Source: Bacteroidota bacterium | GTDB taxonomy: Bacteria > Bacteroidota > Bacteroidia > Bacteroidales > GCA-2748055 | Assembly (NCBI GenBank): GCA_051746185.1 | Contig: JBNJEV010000001.1 | Coordinates: 88,201 to 152,200 of the forward strand | DNA length: 64,000 nt | Direction: 5' to 3' | Part shown: positions 19,202 to 28,394 of the stretch, one piece after another | Layout: every line of letters starts with the position of its first letter | How positions within the stretch are numbered: position 1 is the first letter of the stretch | Translations under genes and position numbers: made by a program | Notes under the pieces: generated by a model | What the model was told of the DNA's origin: nothing | Database searches by the model: none | The model's input: only the letters and a program-made list of their open reading frames with translations

Positions 19202-19694
19202 ATGAGCAATGAATATTTGTATACGATGAAAAAAAGAATGGAACCCGAATTACCTGAGGCAACAGAACAATGGGGGTGGAAATACCATCATCTGGGAATT
19301 CCCACAGATAAAGTGATGCCCGGTGAAAGGTATCTGCCGCAGTACAAATTCTATGTTTCAGGTTTTGAAACAAATCCCTTCGGGAGAACTGGAGAAAGAT
19401 TACGTACTGACGGATCACATATTCATGATGCATGAGGATTCTCCTGAGATGACCTGGGGCGAATCCTACAGCCGGATGGTCGCTCAGGTCCGGCCCGGGC
19501 TGAATGTGATGATCGTCCACCTTGCCTATGACAATGAGGAGATGCAGGCAGTGGCCATTAATCATCCCGATTTCGGATCAGCCTGGCGGCAGCGTGATCT
19601 TGATTTCGTCACCAGCGGGGAATTCAAAGATCTGCTGAAAAAGCACAACATTCACCTGGTCACCTGGAAAGAGATCAAGGATACCTGGTATTGA
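19202..19694 (+). pseudogene. Two juxtaposed gene fragments: VOC/glyoxalase-like N-terminus and ChbG/YdjC-type deacetylase-like C-terminus
   Basis: 19202-19385 encodes WKYHHLGIPTDKVMPGERYLPQYKFYVSGFETNPFG (VOC-like) and then loses similarity. A different frame (19323-19694) encodes only a C-terminal-looking segment, PGLNVMIVHLAYDNEEMQAV...AWRQRDLDFVTS...IHLVTWKEI. Confidence 0.35.
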
Positions 19695-19708
19695 TCCTGG
19701 TAAACCGG

Positions 19709-20572
19709 TTAAATCCCTTCCAGCCATCCGATCCACTCTTCGAAGCCTTCGCCTGTACGGGCCGAAAGCTCAAAGAACCTCAGATCCGGGTTCACCCGGA
19801 GTGCATATTCCCTGATCCTGCCCGGATCGGATTCCAGGTGCGGCAGCAGATCGATCTTATTGATGATGCAGATATCTGATGTCCTGAACATATCGGGATA
19901 TTTCAGGGGCTTGTCATCCCCTTCGGTCACACTCATGGTCACGATCCGGTATTCCTCCCCCAGGTCGAACAGGGCGGGGCAGACCAGGTTGCCCACATTT
20001 TCGATCATCAGAAAAGCTTTTTCTTCCACCTCCAGCTTTTTGACCGCCTCATGGACCATCCCTGCATCCAGGTGACAGCCGCTGCCGGTATTCACCTGTA
20101 TCACAGGCACTCCGGTTTTATCGATCCGCTCTGCATCCAGCATGGATTGCTGATCGCCAATAATGATATAGAACGAATTCTTCTCCCTGAGCCGGGTGAT
20201 GGTCTGATGCAAAAGGGTGGTCTTTCCCGAACCGGGAGAGCTCACCCAGTTAAAGGCCCTGATCCCGCGGGCTTCAAAATATCCCCTGTTCCTTTCCGCC
20301 ATCAGGTTGTTCTGTCCCAGAATGTCTTCCCCCACCTGTAATTCGGTGGTTTGATGACCGTGATTATGCGTAGGTCCGTGGGAATGGTCATGGCCGTGGG
20401 AATGTCTCTGGGTATGGGAATCTCCGTGGGTGTGGGGATGTTCATGGTCGTGACCGTGTCCGTGGGAATGTTCGTGAGGATGTCCGTGGTCATGGATATG
20501 GCCGTGCTCTTCTCCGGGAAATCGGATGAGATGTTTTTCACCCGGCTGTCCGCATCCGCATGTATCACACAT
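19709..20572 (-). CDS. hypB: Hydrogenase nickel-incorporation GTPase HypB with His-rich N-terminal region
   Basis: MCDTCGCG high-affinity metal motif, a long H-x-H-rich stretch, P-loop SSPGSGKTTLL, and ENVGNLVCPA. Confidence 0.92.
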   Translation of the reverse strand: MCDTCGCGQPGEKHLIRFPGEEHGHIHDHGHPHEHSHGHGHDHEHPHTHGDSHTQRHSHGHDHSHGPTHNHGHQTTELQVGEDILGQNNLMAERNRGYFEARGIRAFNWVSSPGSGKTTLLHQTITRLREKNSFYIIIGDQQSMLDAERIDKTGVPVIQVNTGSGCHLDAGMVHEAVKKLEVEEKAFLMIENVGNLVCPALFDLGEEYRIVTMSVTEGDDKPLKYPDMFRTSDICIINKIDLLPHLESDPGRIREYALRVNPDLRFFELSARTGEGFEEWIGWLEGI

Positions 20573-20583
20573 ATGATCAGTAT

Positions 20584-20928
20584 TTAAGATTCAACAATCA
20601 GTGATTTGATTCTCAGTTCCCTTCCGGATTTGAATTCAAAGCGGTAGGATCCGCACCCCGGACAGGGCGAAACGGGCCCTTCCAGCGGAAAAACCTTGCC
20701 GCAATCCAGACATTGCCCGCTCGCCTTCACATGCTCGATGTCAAATTCTGCTTTCTCCAGCAAGGTATTCTGTGTACAGGTCTCCAGCGCATAATTCATG
20801 GCATCCAGGATCACTCCCGACAACTCCCCGATCTCCAGGTTTACCCTGAGGACCCTGTGCTTTCGTTCCCTGCGGGCATAATCCTCAGCGATCGAAACAA
20901 TATTTTTTGCGATCGAAAATTCGTGCAT
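20584..20928 (-). CDS. hypA: Hydrogenase nickel insertion protein HypA
   Basis: MHEFSIA N-terminus and CLDCG...CPGCGS zinc motif, 114 aa. Confidence 0.92.
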   Translation of the reverse strand: MHEFSIAKNIVSIAEDYARRERKHRVLRVNLEIGELSGVILDAMNYALETCTQNTLLEKAEFDIEHVKASGQCLDCGKVFPLEGPVSPCPGCGSYRFEFKSGRELRIKSLIVES

Positions 20929-20934
20929 TTTTAT

Positions 20935-22020
20935 TCAACAAATTCTGGGGAGCTGCTCCCCGGTCAACATATGGACAATCCGACTGCCGCCTGTGGCAGT
21001 TTCCAGGATCACCCTGCCCCGGTCCGATCCTGTGATCTCCCCGATAATGGCCGCATGCTTACCCTCCGGGTGGTGATGCATGACCTCCAGCACATCACGG
21101 CTCACGGCGGGATCCACCACCAGGAGCACCTTCCCTTCATTGGGCACATAGAGCGGATCAAAACCGAACATCTCACACATTCCCAGTACTTCATCCCTCA
21201 ACGGCAGGTCCGGTTCACGTATATGTACCCCGAACGGACGCCCTTCCACCAATTCACAAAGTGTTGTTGCCACCCCTCCCCGGGTGGGATCACGCATGAA
21301 CCGGACCCGGCCGGACTGTTCAGGAACCCGGCCGGACTGTTCAGGAACCCGGTCGGACCGTTCAGGAACCCGGCCGGACCGTTCCAGGATCGTGGCGATC
21401 AATCCGTTCAAAGGAGCACAGTCACTCTTCAAGCCGGTTTTCATGGGAAAATCTTTTCGCTGGCTCAATATTGCCATTCCATGATCTCCGATATGCCCGC
21501 TGATAATGATATGATCCCCGACCTTCACCAGACCGGCTGAAGCAATATGGGCATATTTTTCGGATAATATCCCCAATCCTGCGGTATTGATGAATAACTT
21601 ATCGCATTTCCCCCTGTTCACAACTTTTGTATCACCGGTCACAATCTGAACCCCCGCCCGGCTGGCCGTTTCTGCCATGGAACGCACAACCGATCCAAGC
21701 ACATCTACCGGCAACCCCTCTTCAAGGATAAAACCCGCACTGATAAACCGGGGCAGGGCACCTGTGACTGCCAGGTCATTGACGGTCCCGCAGATGGCCA
21801 GTTTCCCTATATCGCCTCCCGGGAAGAAAAGGGGATCGACCACATAGGAATCCGTGGTAAAGGATACCCTGCCCTCTTTCATCTCCAATACGGCGGCATC
21901 TCCCATGGCTTCCAGCCACGGATTTCCCAGATGCTGAATGAATACCCGGCGGATCAGCTCATGCATTTTTTTTCCGCCGCTGCCATGGTCCAATGATATA
22001 TGATCATCCATCGTTTCCAT
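20935..22020 (-). CDS. hypE: Hydrogenase maturation protein HypE (carries an in-frame heptad-repeat insertion)
   Basis: AIR-synthase-like fold motifs, RDPTRGGVATTLCE, and a C-terminal ...LPRIC with the terminal Cys. Confidence 0.9.
   Translation of the reverse strand: METMDDHISLDHGSGGKKMHELIRRVFIQHLGNPWLEAMGDAAVLEMKEGRVSFTTDSYVVDPLFFPGGDIGKLAICGTVNDLAVTGALPRFISAGFILEEGLPVDVLGSVVRSMAETASRAGVQIVTGDTKVVNRGKCDKLFINTAGLGILSEKYAHIASAGLVKVGDHIIISGHIGDHGMAILSQRKDFPMKTGLKSDCAPLNGLIATILERSGRVPERSDRVPEQSGRVPEQSGRVRFMRDPTRGGVATTLCELVEGRPFGVHIREPDLPLRDEVLGMCEMFGFDPLYVPNEGKVLLVVDPAVSRDVLEVMHHHPEGKHAAIIGEITGSDRGRVILETATGGSRIVHMLTGEQLPRIC
21306..21389. repeat. Tandem 21-bp repeat, 4 copies, in frame inside hypE
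   Basis: cccggccggactgttcaggaa x2, then cccggtcggaccgttcaggaa, then cccggccggaccgttccagga. On the coding strand this gives SGRVPER/SDRVPEQ/SGRVPEQ/SGRV heptads. Confidence 0.9.
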
Positions 22021-23089
22021 ACCTGAATGCCGCCTGGCAACTTCCCTCTGCAGATACCATGCATGCCCCCACGGGCATCTCGGGTCTGCATACCTTTCTG
22101 AACAATTTGCAATCGGCCGGCTCTGAAATACCTCTCAAAATATCACCGCAGATGCACCCCGGGGGCTCCCGCGATGGTTCTATATCCACCCGGATCATCC
22201 CGGCTGCATCCAGGGAAGTGAATTCATCCCGCAACATCAACCCGCTCTTTTTCACCATTCCCAGACCCCGCCAGGAGGTATCTTCAGGCTGAAATACCCG
22301 GTTCATGATTTCCCGGGCCCTGGGATTACCATTCTTCTTTACCGCCCTTTTATAGGCATTCTCCACTCGGGGTTTGCGTTCGCGGACCTGCTTCAATAAC
22401 TGAAGGACCGCCAGCAGGATATCGGCCGGCTCGAATCCGGCGATCACGCAGCCTGTGTCATATCTCTCCGGGATGGACCGGTATATTTCTTCGCCGGTGA
22501 TCACACTCACATGCCCGGGACACAGGTACCCGTCAATGGAGAAGTCCTCACTGACCAGTAATTCCAGGGCAGGAGGCATCACTTTATGGGCTGAAAGGAT
22601 CAGGAAGTTCTGAAGCCGTTCCTGCACGGCCTGCAGAATGCCCGCTGCCGTTGAAGGTGCGGTTGTTTCAAATCCGATGGCCAGAAAAATGACCCTTTGC
22701 CCGGGATTCTGACGGGCAAGGGCAAGGGCTTCCGTAATGGAATATACCACCCGCACATCGGAGCCTGCCGCCCTGGCTTCCTGCAGGGTGGAAGTGGAAC
22801 CCGGCACGCGCAACAGGTCGCCGAAGGTGGTAATAATGATCTTTTCCAGGGAGGCCAGGGCAATGGCATGATCTATATAACCGACCGGTGTTACACAAAC
22901 CGGACATCCGGGACCGGAGATGAGCCTGACGCCCGGGGGCAGGACCGACCTGATATCATGCCGGTGTATGGCCATGGTATGCGTGCCGCACACTTCCATA
23001 AAGGTAACTTTCAGTTCGCCATATAAGGCGATCTCCCTCGCCAGACCATTGATCAGAGCCCTGTCCCGGTATTCACTGATATACTTCAT
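22004..23089 (-). CDS. hypD: Hydrogenase maturation protein HypD
   Basis: Motifs CGTHT-like (EVCGTHTMA), GPGCPVCVTP, FETTAP, and C-terminal Cys motifs. Confidence 0.92.
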   Translation of the reverse strand: MKYISEYRDRALINGLAREIALYGELKVTFMEVCGTHTMAIHRHDIRSVLPPGVRLISGPGCPVCVTPVGYIDHAIALASLEKIIITTFGDLLRVPGSTSTLQEARAAGSDVRVVYSITEALALARQNPGQRVIFLAIGFETTAPSTAAGILQAVQERLQNFLILSAHKVMPPALELLVSEDFSIDGYLCPGHVSVITGEEIYRSIPERYDTGCVIAGFEPADILLAVLQLLKQVRERKPRVENAYKRAVKKNGNPRAREIMNRVFQPEDTSWRGLGMVKKSGLMLRDEFTSLDAAGMIRVDIEPSREPPGCICGDILRGISEPADCKLFRKVCRPEMPVGACMVSAEGSCQAAFRYGNDG

Positions 23090-23310
23090 TTTTTTCCGGT
23101 CCGGTTCATTTCCCTGAGTAAACTGAGGGTTTCTTCTGCTTCTTCCGGATCGATGACCTGAATGGCAAACCCGGCATGCAGGAGCACATAATCGCCTTCC
23201 CGGACACCATCCAGTAACTGAATGCCTGCCTTATATGTGGTACCTGAAACAGATACAACCGCTGTATCGTTTTGTACCGAAATCACTTTTGCCGGAATAC
23301 TTAAACACAT
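23086..23310 (-). CDS. hypC: Hydrogenase assembly chaperone HypC
   Basis: MCLSIPAKV N-terminus (Cys2), 74 aa. ATGA overlap with hypD. Confidence 0.92.
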   Translation of the reverse strand: MCLSIPAKVISVQNDTAVVSVSGTTYKAGIQLLDGVREGDYVLLHAGFAIQVIDPEEAEETLSLLREMNRTGKK

Positions 23311-25625
23311 ATTTTATCTCTTTGGCTGGCTCCAATCATCAGTTGTCCCAGCGCAATCCCTCCGTCGTTCATCGGTACCTGCTCGTGGCTGAAGACCTGA
23401 AAACCCTTCCTTCGCAACAGATCTTCCGTGCGGCTCAGCAGGAATTTGTTCTGGAAAGTCCCTCCGGATAAAACCACCCGTCTGATGCCTGTTTTATCCC
23501 CCATCCTGAGGGCTATTTCGAGAAAGACCGCCACCAGGGTATAATGGAAACGCGCTGAGATCACCGAGGCAGCGGTTCCATTCTGTATGTCCGAGACGAT
23601 CTGTCGGATCATACCATTGAAATTCAAAGGATTGGATGCATTTATCACATACTTTTCACTGCATTGATGATCGATCAGCGATTCCAGCCTCATCGGTGCC
23701 TCCGCCTCGAACCGGTTCACAGAACAAATATTCAGCAAGGCACTGACCGCATCGAAAAGACGACCTGCACTGGAGGTCAGGCATGTATTGATTTGCTGAT
23801 CGATGGCATATAAAACGGCATCTGCCTTCTTTTTATCCAGTTGCTCTGTAAAGGGTATTTTAAGATCAAAGAGTTTCTTTCCGAATGTCCGGTACAGATA
23901 CACCAGTGCCATCCTCCAGGGTTCCTCAACGGCTTTGTCCATCCCCGGCAGGGGAATATAGTCAAAATGCGCATACCGTACAAAATTCTTCCGGTTGCAG
24001 ATCATAAACTCACCGCCCCATATCTGATGATCCGGACCGTAGCCTGTTCCGTCCATGCTGATCCCGATCACTTCCCCTTTAAGACCATGTTCGGCCATGC
24101 AGGAGACAATATGTGCATGATGATGCTGGGTCCGGATGACAGGAAGTCTCAATTCACGGGCCACGCGGGTGGAGAAATAATCCGGATGCAGGTCACAAAC
24201 CACCATCTCCGGTGTAAAACGGTACAATTCCCGGAAAACTGACAGTGCTTCGCGGTAAAAACGTTCTGTTTCCGGGTTTCTCAGATCTCCGATATGCTGG
24301 CTCATGATCGCCTGGTGATCCTTCCCGATACAGAAACAATTTTTCAGTTCCCCACCGGTCGCCAGAATTCCTTCCACATCCACATCCAGATAAACGGGCT
24401 GTGGAACATAGCCCCGGGACCTCCTGAGGGGTCTTTCCTTCCGGTTCACCACAGCCACCACCGAATCATCGATCCGGTTGCTTATCTCCCTGTCATACGA
24501 TAAGATGCCGTCAGCAACGCAGTCCAGTTTCTGCTTTGCCTGCAAATCATCCCTGATGATGGGCTCTTCTGAAAGATTCCCGCTGGTTACAACCAGTGCC
24601 GGTGTCCGGATCTGGTCAAAAAGCATATAATGCACCGGCATATAAGGAAGAAAAGCACCCACGGTGTTCAATCCGCTGTTGACCGGCCGGGGAAACCCTT
24701 TCTTGAGATGCAGCAATACAATGGGCCTTCTCCAGCTCCGAACGGCATTCTCCTCTTCTTCCGTGCAAAACGCATACTCCCTGAGCTGTTCCAGGTCCCT
24801 GAACATCACTGCAAATGGTTTGGCATCACGTCCTTTTCTCGTCCGTAATCGCTGAACCGCCGCATCATCCAGGGCATCACAGGCCAGGAAATATCCCCCG
24901 ATACCCTTCACGGCAAGTATTTTTCCCTGATCGATCAGGTCTGCAGCATTTTCGATGATGGCTTTGATCTTCTTGATTTCCTTCCCGCCCGGGATCCGCA
25001 GACGGTACTGGGGTCCGCATGAGTTACATGCCACAGGCTGAGCATGGAAACGCCTGCTTGCGGGATCATTGTATTCCTGCAGGCAGGTATCGCACATGTC
25101 GTAAGCCGACATGGTGGTATTTTTCCTGTCATAGGGGATGGAACGGATGATCGAGAACCGGGGGCCACAATGGGTGCAATTGATCAATGGATAGTCATGG
25201 CGGTGCTCCTGGTTGCGCATATCCGTAAGACACTCTTCGCAAACAGCGATATCGGGCCCGACCTCGGTAATGCCCCCGGATAGATCCCGGCTCTCCCTGA
25301 TGGTGAATGAATCGAATCTTTCGGGATTCACCTGCTCACTGGATATGGATTCTATGGATGCCGCCCAGGGTTTCCGGCGGCTGATCTCCCGGATAAAATT
25401 TTTCAGCTGCCGCCCGGTGCCGGAGGCTTTGATCAAAACACCCCGGTTATTGTTTTCAACCCACCCCGTTATTGCGTATTCACGGGCAATCCTGTAGATG
25501 AAAGGACGGAAACCCACGCCCTGCACCCGGCCCCTGATATGAATCACGCAGACCTGATCCTCGCCGGCCAGGGAGGTGGGTCTGAGTTTCAAACCCGTAT
25601 CATATTCCGATGAATGGTTATTCAT
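23301..25625 (-). CDS. hypF: Carbamoyltransferase HypF
   Basis: 774 aa. Has an acylphosphatase-like N-terminus (GRVQGVGFRPF), two CxxC...CxxC zinc-finger pairs, and YrdC-like and Kae1-like domains. Confidence 0.92.
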   Translation of the reverse strand: MNNHSSEYDTGLKLRPTSLAGEDQVCVIHIRGRVQGVGFRPFIYRIAREYAITGWVENNNRGVLIKASGTGRQLKNFIREISRRKPWAASIESISSEQVNPERFDSFTIRESRDLSGGITEVGPDIAVCEECLTDMRNQEHRHDYPLINCTHCGPRFSIIRSIPYDRKNTTMSAYDMCDTCLQEYNDPASRRFHAQPVACNSCGPQYRLRIPGGKEIKKIKAIIENAADLIDQGKILAVKGIGGYFLACDALDDAAVQRLRTRKGRDAKPFAVMFRDLEQLREYAFCTEEEENAVRSWRRPIVLLHLKKGFPRPVNSGLNTVGAFLPYMPVHYMLFDQIRTPALVVTSGNLSEEPIIRDDLQAKQKLDCVADGILSYDREISNRIDDSVVAVVNRKERPLRRSRGYVPQPVYLDVDVEGILATGGELKNCFCIGKDHQAIMSQHIGDLRNPETERFYREALSVFRELYRFTPEMVVCDLHPDYFSTRVARELRLPVIRTQHHHAHIVSCMAEHGLKGEVIGISMDGTGYGPDHQIWGGEFMICNRKNFVRYAHFDYIPLPGMDKAVEEPWRMALVYLYRTFGKKLFDLKIPFTEQLDKKKADAVLYAIDQQINTCLTSSAGRLFDAVSALLNICSVNRFEAEAPMRLESLIDHQCSEKYVINASNPLNFNGMIRQIVSDIQNGTAASVISARFHYTLVAVFLEIALRMGDKTGIRRVVLSGGTFQNKFLLSRTEDLLRRKGFQVFSHEQVPMNDGGIALGQLMIGASQRDKICV

Positions 25626-26260
25626 CCGCTTGTCTCCAAAACAATATTTTCAATATTGGCATAATGGATCACTCCCTCGAGCACATTACAAAGATTAATA
25701 TTATCGATCACAATTTCCGTGGGAGCCTTCAGAATGATCGGGGCAAAGTTCATGATCCCTTTAATGCCACACTCTATCAACTGATTGCATACATCCTGCG
25801 CGGAAATTGCGGGAACTGCGATAATGGCCACCTTGATCCCGTTTTCGTTAATGAAACGGGGCATCATTTCCATGGGAAGAACCAGCACATCACCACTCTT
25901 CTTGTATTTTGACGGATCGATGTCAAAGGCAGCTACAATATACTTTCTTTTTTCCATAAATCCGCATTCATACAGAGCCAGCGCCGTTCCGATGTTTCCC
26001 ATGCCAATGAGGATCACGTTTTCCTTCTCATTTTTTATAAAAATCCGGTTCAGATCCTCCAGTAATTCTTCTACAGAATATCCCCCTTTCTTCTTTCCCC
26101 GGATCTGAAACTTTGAGAAATCCTTCCGGACCTGCTCTGGGGTCACGCCGGCCTCCTTTCCCAGGTTATAAGAATATATTTTCTCAAATCCCATTTCCCT
26201 GAGGCGCACCAGGCACATCCTGTACTGGAGCAACCGTTTAATGCTGTTTTCAACTATCAT
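25622..26260 (-). CDS. rex: Redox-sensing transcriptional repressor Rex
   Basis: 212 aa. Winged-helix N-terminus (IKRLLQYRMCL), Rossmann motif ILIGMGNIGTAL, and C-terminal swap helix. The stop overlaps the hypF ATG (ATGA). Confidence 0.88.
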   Translation of the reverse strand: MIVENSIKRLLQYRMCLVRLREMGFEKIYSYNLGKEAGVTPEQVRKDFSKFQIRGKKKGGYSVEELLEDLNRIFIKNEKENVILIGMGNIGTALALYECGFMEKRKYIVAAFDIDPSKYKKSGDVLVLPMEMMPRFINENGIKVAIIAVPAISAQDVCNQLIECGIKGIMNFAPIILKAPTEIVIDNINLCNVLEGVIHYANIENIVLETSG

Positions 26261-26490
26261 TTATTGTACTTTTTTTCCCATTTTTTGCCGGAAGGCTCAA
26301 AGTATTTTTATGTTCTCAAACATGTTATCGTGATTTCAGAATTATAATAAAAATATATAACGCTCTAAAATACCAGTCATTACAGGTGTTTTATAAGGAC
26401 AGATATATTTTTCCGCTTTTTTTTATATGGCTAATTTATTATAATACTTGACACGTGTAAAGTTGAATCATACTTTTATTTTGCATTTAA

Positions 26491-26506
26491 TGTGAAAATG
26501 ATAACA
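26491..26506. promoter_or_regulatory. Candidate Rex operator (TGTGAA-N4-ATAACA) abutting the start codon at 26509
   Basis: TGTGAAAATGATAACA. One half-site equals the Rex consensus half TGTGAA; the other, TGTTAT, resembles the TTGTTAA variant. The same 16-bp pattern recurs twice at 44244-44303. Confidence 0.45.
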
Positions 26507-26508
26507 TA

Positions 26509-27516
26509 ATGCATCCGGACAGCTTTCTTATTTCCAAACAGAACTGGGATAGATTCCTGAAAGAAATCATCAATGAAAATGATTTGTGCGCACCTCTGGA
26601 ATCAGAAGGAAATAATGAGTACCAGCTCATACAGGAGGAAAAAGATATATCCCGCATTGTTTACAACCATCCCAAACCCACCTCACCATTAAAAACATTT
26701 TTTCTTCCTGTCAAGGAGAATGTAACCATCGATCACAGCAACCAGAAATTACGGATCATCCTGGGAGTGCCATCCTGTGATCTGGCCGGCCTTGGTTTGC
26801 TGGATGAAATGTATCTGCAGGAACCCCTTGTGGATCCTTATTATCAATCCAGGAGGGAAAACACATTGCTGATCGGAACGGATTGTCATTCCACACTGGA
26901 GCACTGTCACTGCACCTCTTACGGGATCAATCCTTTCCCTGAAGTAAATTTCGATCTGGGACTGGTCCGGTTGGACGATCAATTCTATGTGTATACCGGT
27001 TCGGAGAAAGGAAAAGCATTCATTAACCGGTACCGTGATGCAGGTTTTTTCTCACCTGTAAACGGGGAGGCGGAGAAAAAAGCAGATGCCTATCGTGAAC
27101 GGACCATAGAGGAACTGAAAGAAAAGAACAGCGGGTTGCCGGGATATGAGAAAACCGGCGAACTGATCAGGGAATCGGGCGAAGAGATCTGGAAGAAGTA
27201 TTCACGAACCTGTGTATCCTGCGGTGCCTGTGCCACCATATGCCCGACCTGTACCTGTTTTCTGCTCATTGACAGGACCGGATTTGAAAAGGTCAGGAAT
27301 CTGGATGCCTGTCAGTACCCTGGTTTTGAACGGGTAGCTGCCGGTGAGGACCCTCTTGGGGAACGGCATATTCGTTTCCGGAACCGCTACCTGTGCAAAT
27401 ATGTATGGAAACCTCAGGGCTTTGAATCCATTGCATGCACAGGTTGTGGCAGATGCATTGAGGCCTGTATAGGAAAGATCAACAAAAACGAGTTATTTGA
27501 AGAGTTATCTGCTTAA
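26509..27516 (+). CDS. Fe-S subunit resembling sulfhydrogenase beta (HydB) / anaerobic sulfite reductase AsrA
   Basis: 335 aa with CVSCGACATICPTCTCF and CTGCGRCIEAC cluster motifs. First gene of the hydrogenase operon. Confidence 0.7.
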   Translation: MHPDSFLISKQNWDRFLKEIINENDLCAPLESEGNNEYQLIQEEKDISRIVYNHPKPTSPLKTFFLPVKENVTIDHSNQKLRIILGVPSCDLAGLGLLDEMYLQEPLVDPYYQSRRENTLLIGTDCHSTLEHCHCTSYGINPFPEVNFDLGLVRLDDQFYVYTGSEKGKAFINRYRDAGFFSPVNGEAEKKADAYRERTIEELKEKNSGLPGYEKTGELIRESGEEIWKKYSRTCVSCGACATICPTCTCFLLIDRTGFEKVRNLDACQYPGFERVAAGEDPLGERHIRFRNRYLCKYVWKPQGFESIACTGCGRCIEACIGKINKNELFEELSA

Positions 27517-27527
27517 TCTTTAATGTG

Positions 27528-28376
27528 ATGCAGGAAGCTGAAACCATTACCAGACCGGCCCATGAAAATATCTACAAACCGATCCCGGCAACAGTGGACC
27601 GTGTGATCCAGGAATCGCCCACCATCAAGACTGTGGGGATGATACCGGAGCAGGAATTTCCCTTCCGCACAGGTGAATTCATAGAGGTTACCCTGCCCGG
27701 GATCGGCGAAGCACCCTTCACTCCCTCATCTTCGCCCCTGGAGACAAAACGCCTTGAGATCACCGTGATGAAAGCCGGTTATGTGACCAGCAGGATCCAT
27801 CAGCTGGAAAAAGGCGATGTGGTCGGGATCCGGGGGCCCTTCGGAAGGGGTTATCCGATGGACAAAATGTACGGTAAAGAGATCATCATTCTGGGAGGAG
27901 GTTGCGGATTCGCTCCCATCCGGTCTTTGCTCTACAACCTGATGGCCGAGAAAGATAAATTCAGGAAGGTCACTCTCTGTTACGGCTCCAAAACACCTGA
28001 AGAGTGTATTTACAAACCCTTTGTGGATGAACTCAGGGGCATCGACAAGTTCGATGTTTTCCGGAGCGTGGATAAACCTGACCAGTCATGGAATGAGGCT
28101 GTGGGAGTGGTCACCACCCTTCTGGATGACCTGAAGATGGATATACCCAATTCCATCGCCGTGATTGTAGGGCCACCCATCATGATGAAATTCGGAACCC
28201 AAAAAATACAGGAAATGGGGTTTCCTGATACGGAAATATACCTCTCGATGGAAAAAAACATGTCCTGCGGCCTGGGCAAATGCGGGCACTGCATGATGGG
28301 GAAATATTTTGTGTGTAAGGACGGACCCGTTTTTTCATACGAGGAAATCAAAGACCAGCCCGATATCTGGAAATAA
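27528..28376 (+). CDS. FAD/NAD(P)-binding oxidoreductase with C-terminal [2Fe-2S], resembling sulfhydrogenase gamma (HydG) / AsrB
   Basis: FNR-like fold: RTGEFIEV...PFTPSS (flavin site), IIILGGGCGFAP (nucleotide site), C-terminal CGLGKCGHCMMGKYFVCKDGPVF. Confidence 0.75.
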   Translation: MQEAETITRPAHENIYKPIPATVDRVIQESPTIKTVGMIPEQEFPFRTGEFIEVTLPGIGEAPFTPSSSPLETKRLEITVMKAGYVTSRIHQLEKGDVVGIRGPFGRGYPMDKMYGKEIIILGGGCGFAPIRSLLYNLMAEKDKFRKVTLCYGSKTPEECIYKPFVDELRGIDKFDVFRSVDKPDQSWNEAVGVVTTLLDDLKMDIPNSIAVIVGPPIMMKFGTQKIQEMGFPDTEIYLSMEKNMSCGLGKCGHCMMGKYFVCKDGPVFSYEEIKDQPDIWK

Positions 28377-28394
28377 CAATAACCGGTGTATGCC

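Noticed and set aside
20340-20530. Repetitive GTG/ATG-rich DNA that looks like a degenerate tandem repeat
   Set aside because: It encodes the His-rich metal-storage stretch of HypB (HGH/HDH/HSH units), a known feature of many HypB proteins, not an independent repeat element.
20713-21540. 275-aa ORF on the plus strand spanning hypA/hypE
   Set aside because: It is antisense to two strongly supported hyp genes. Its repeated PAGLFRNP segment is just the complement of the hypE minisatellite.
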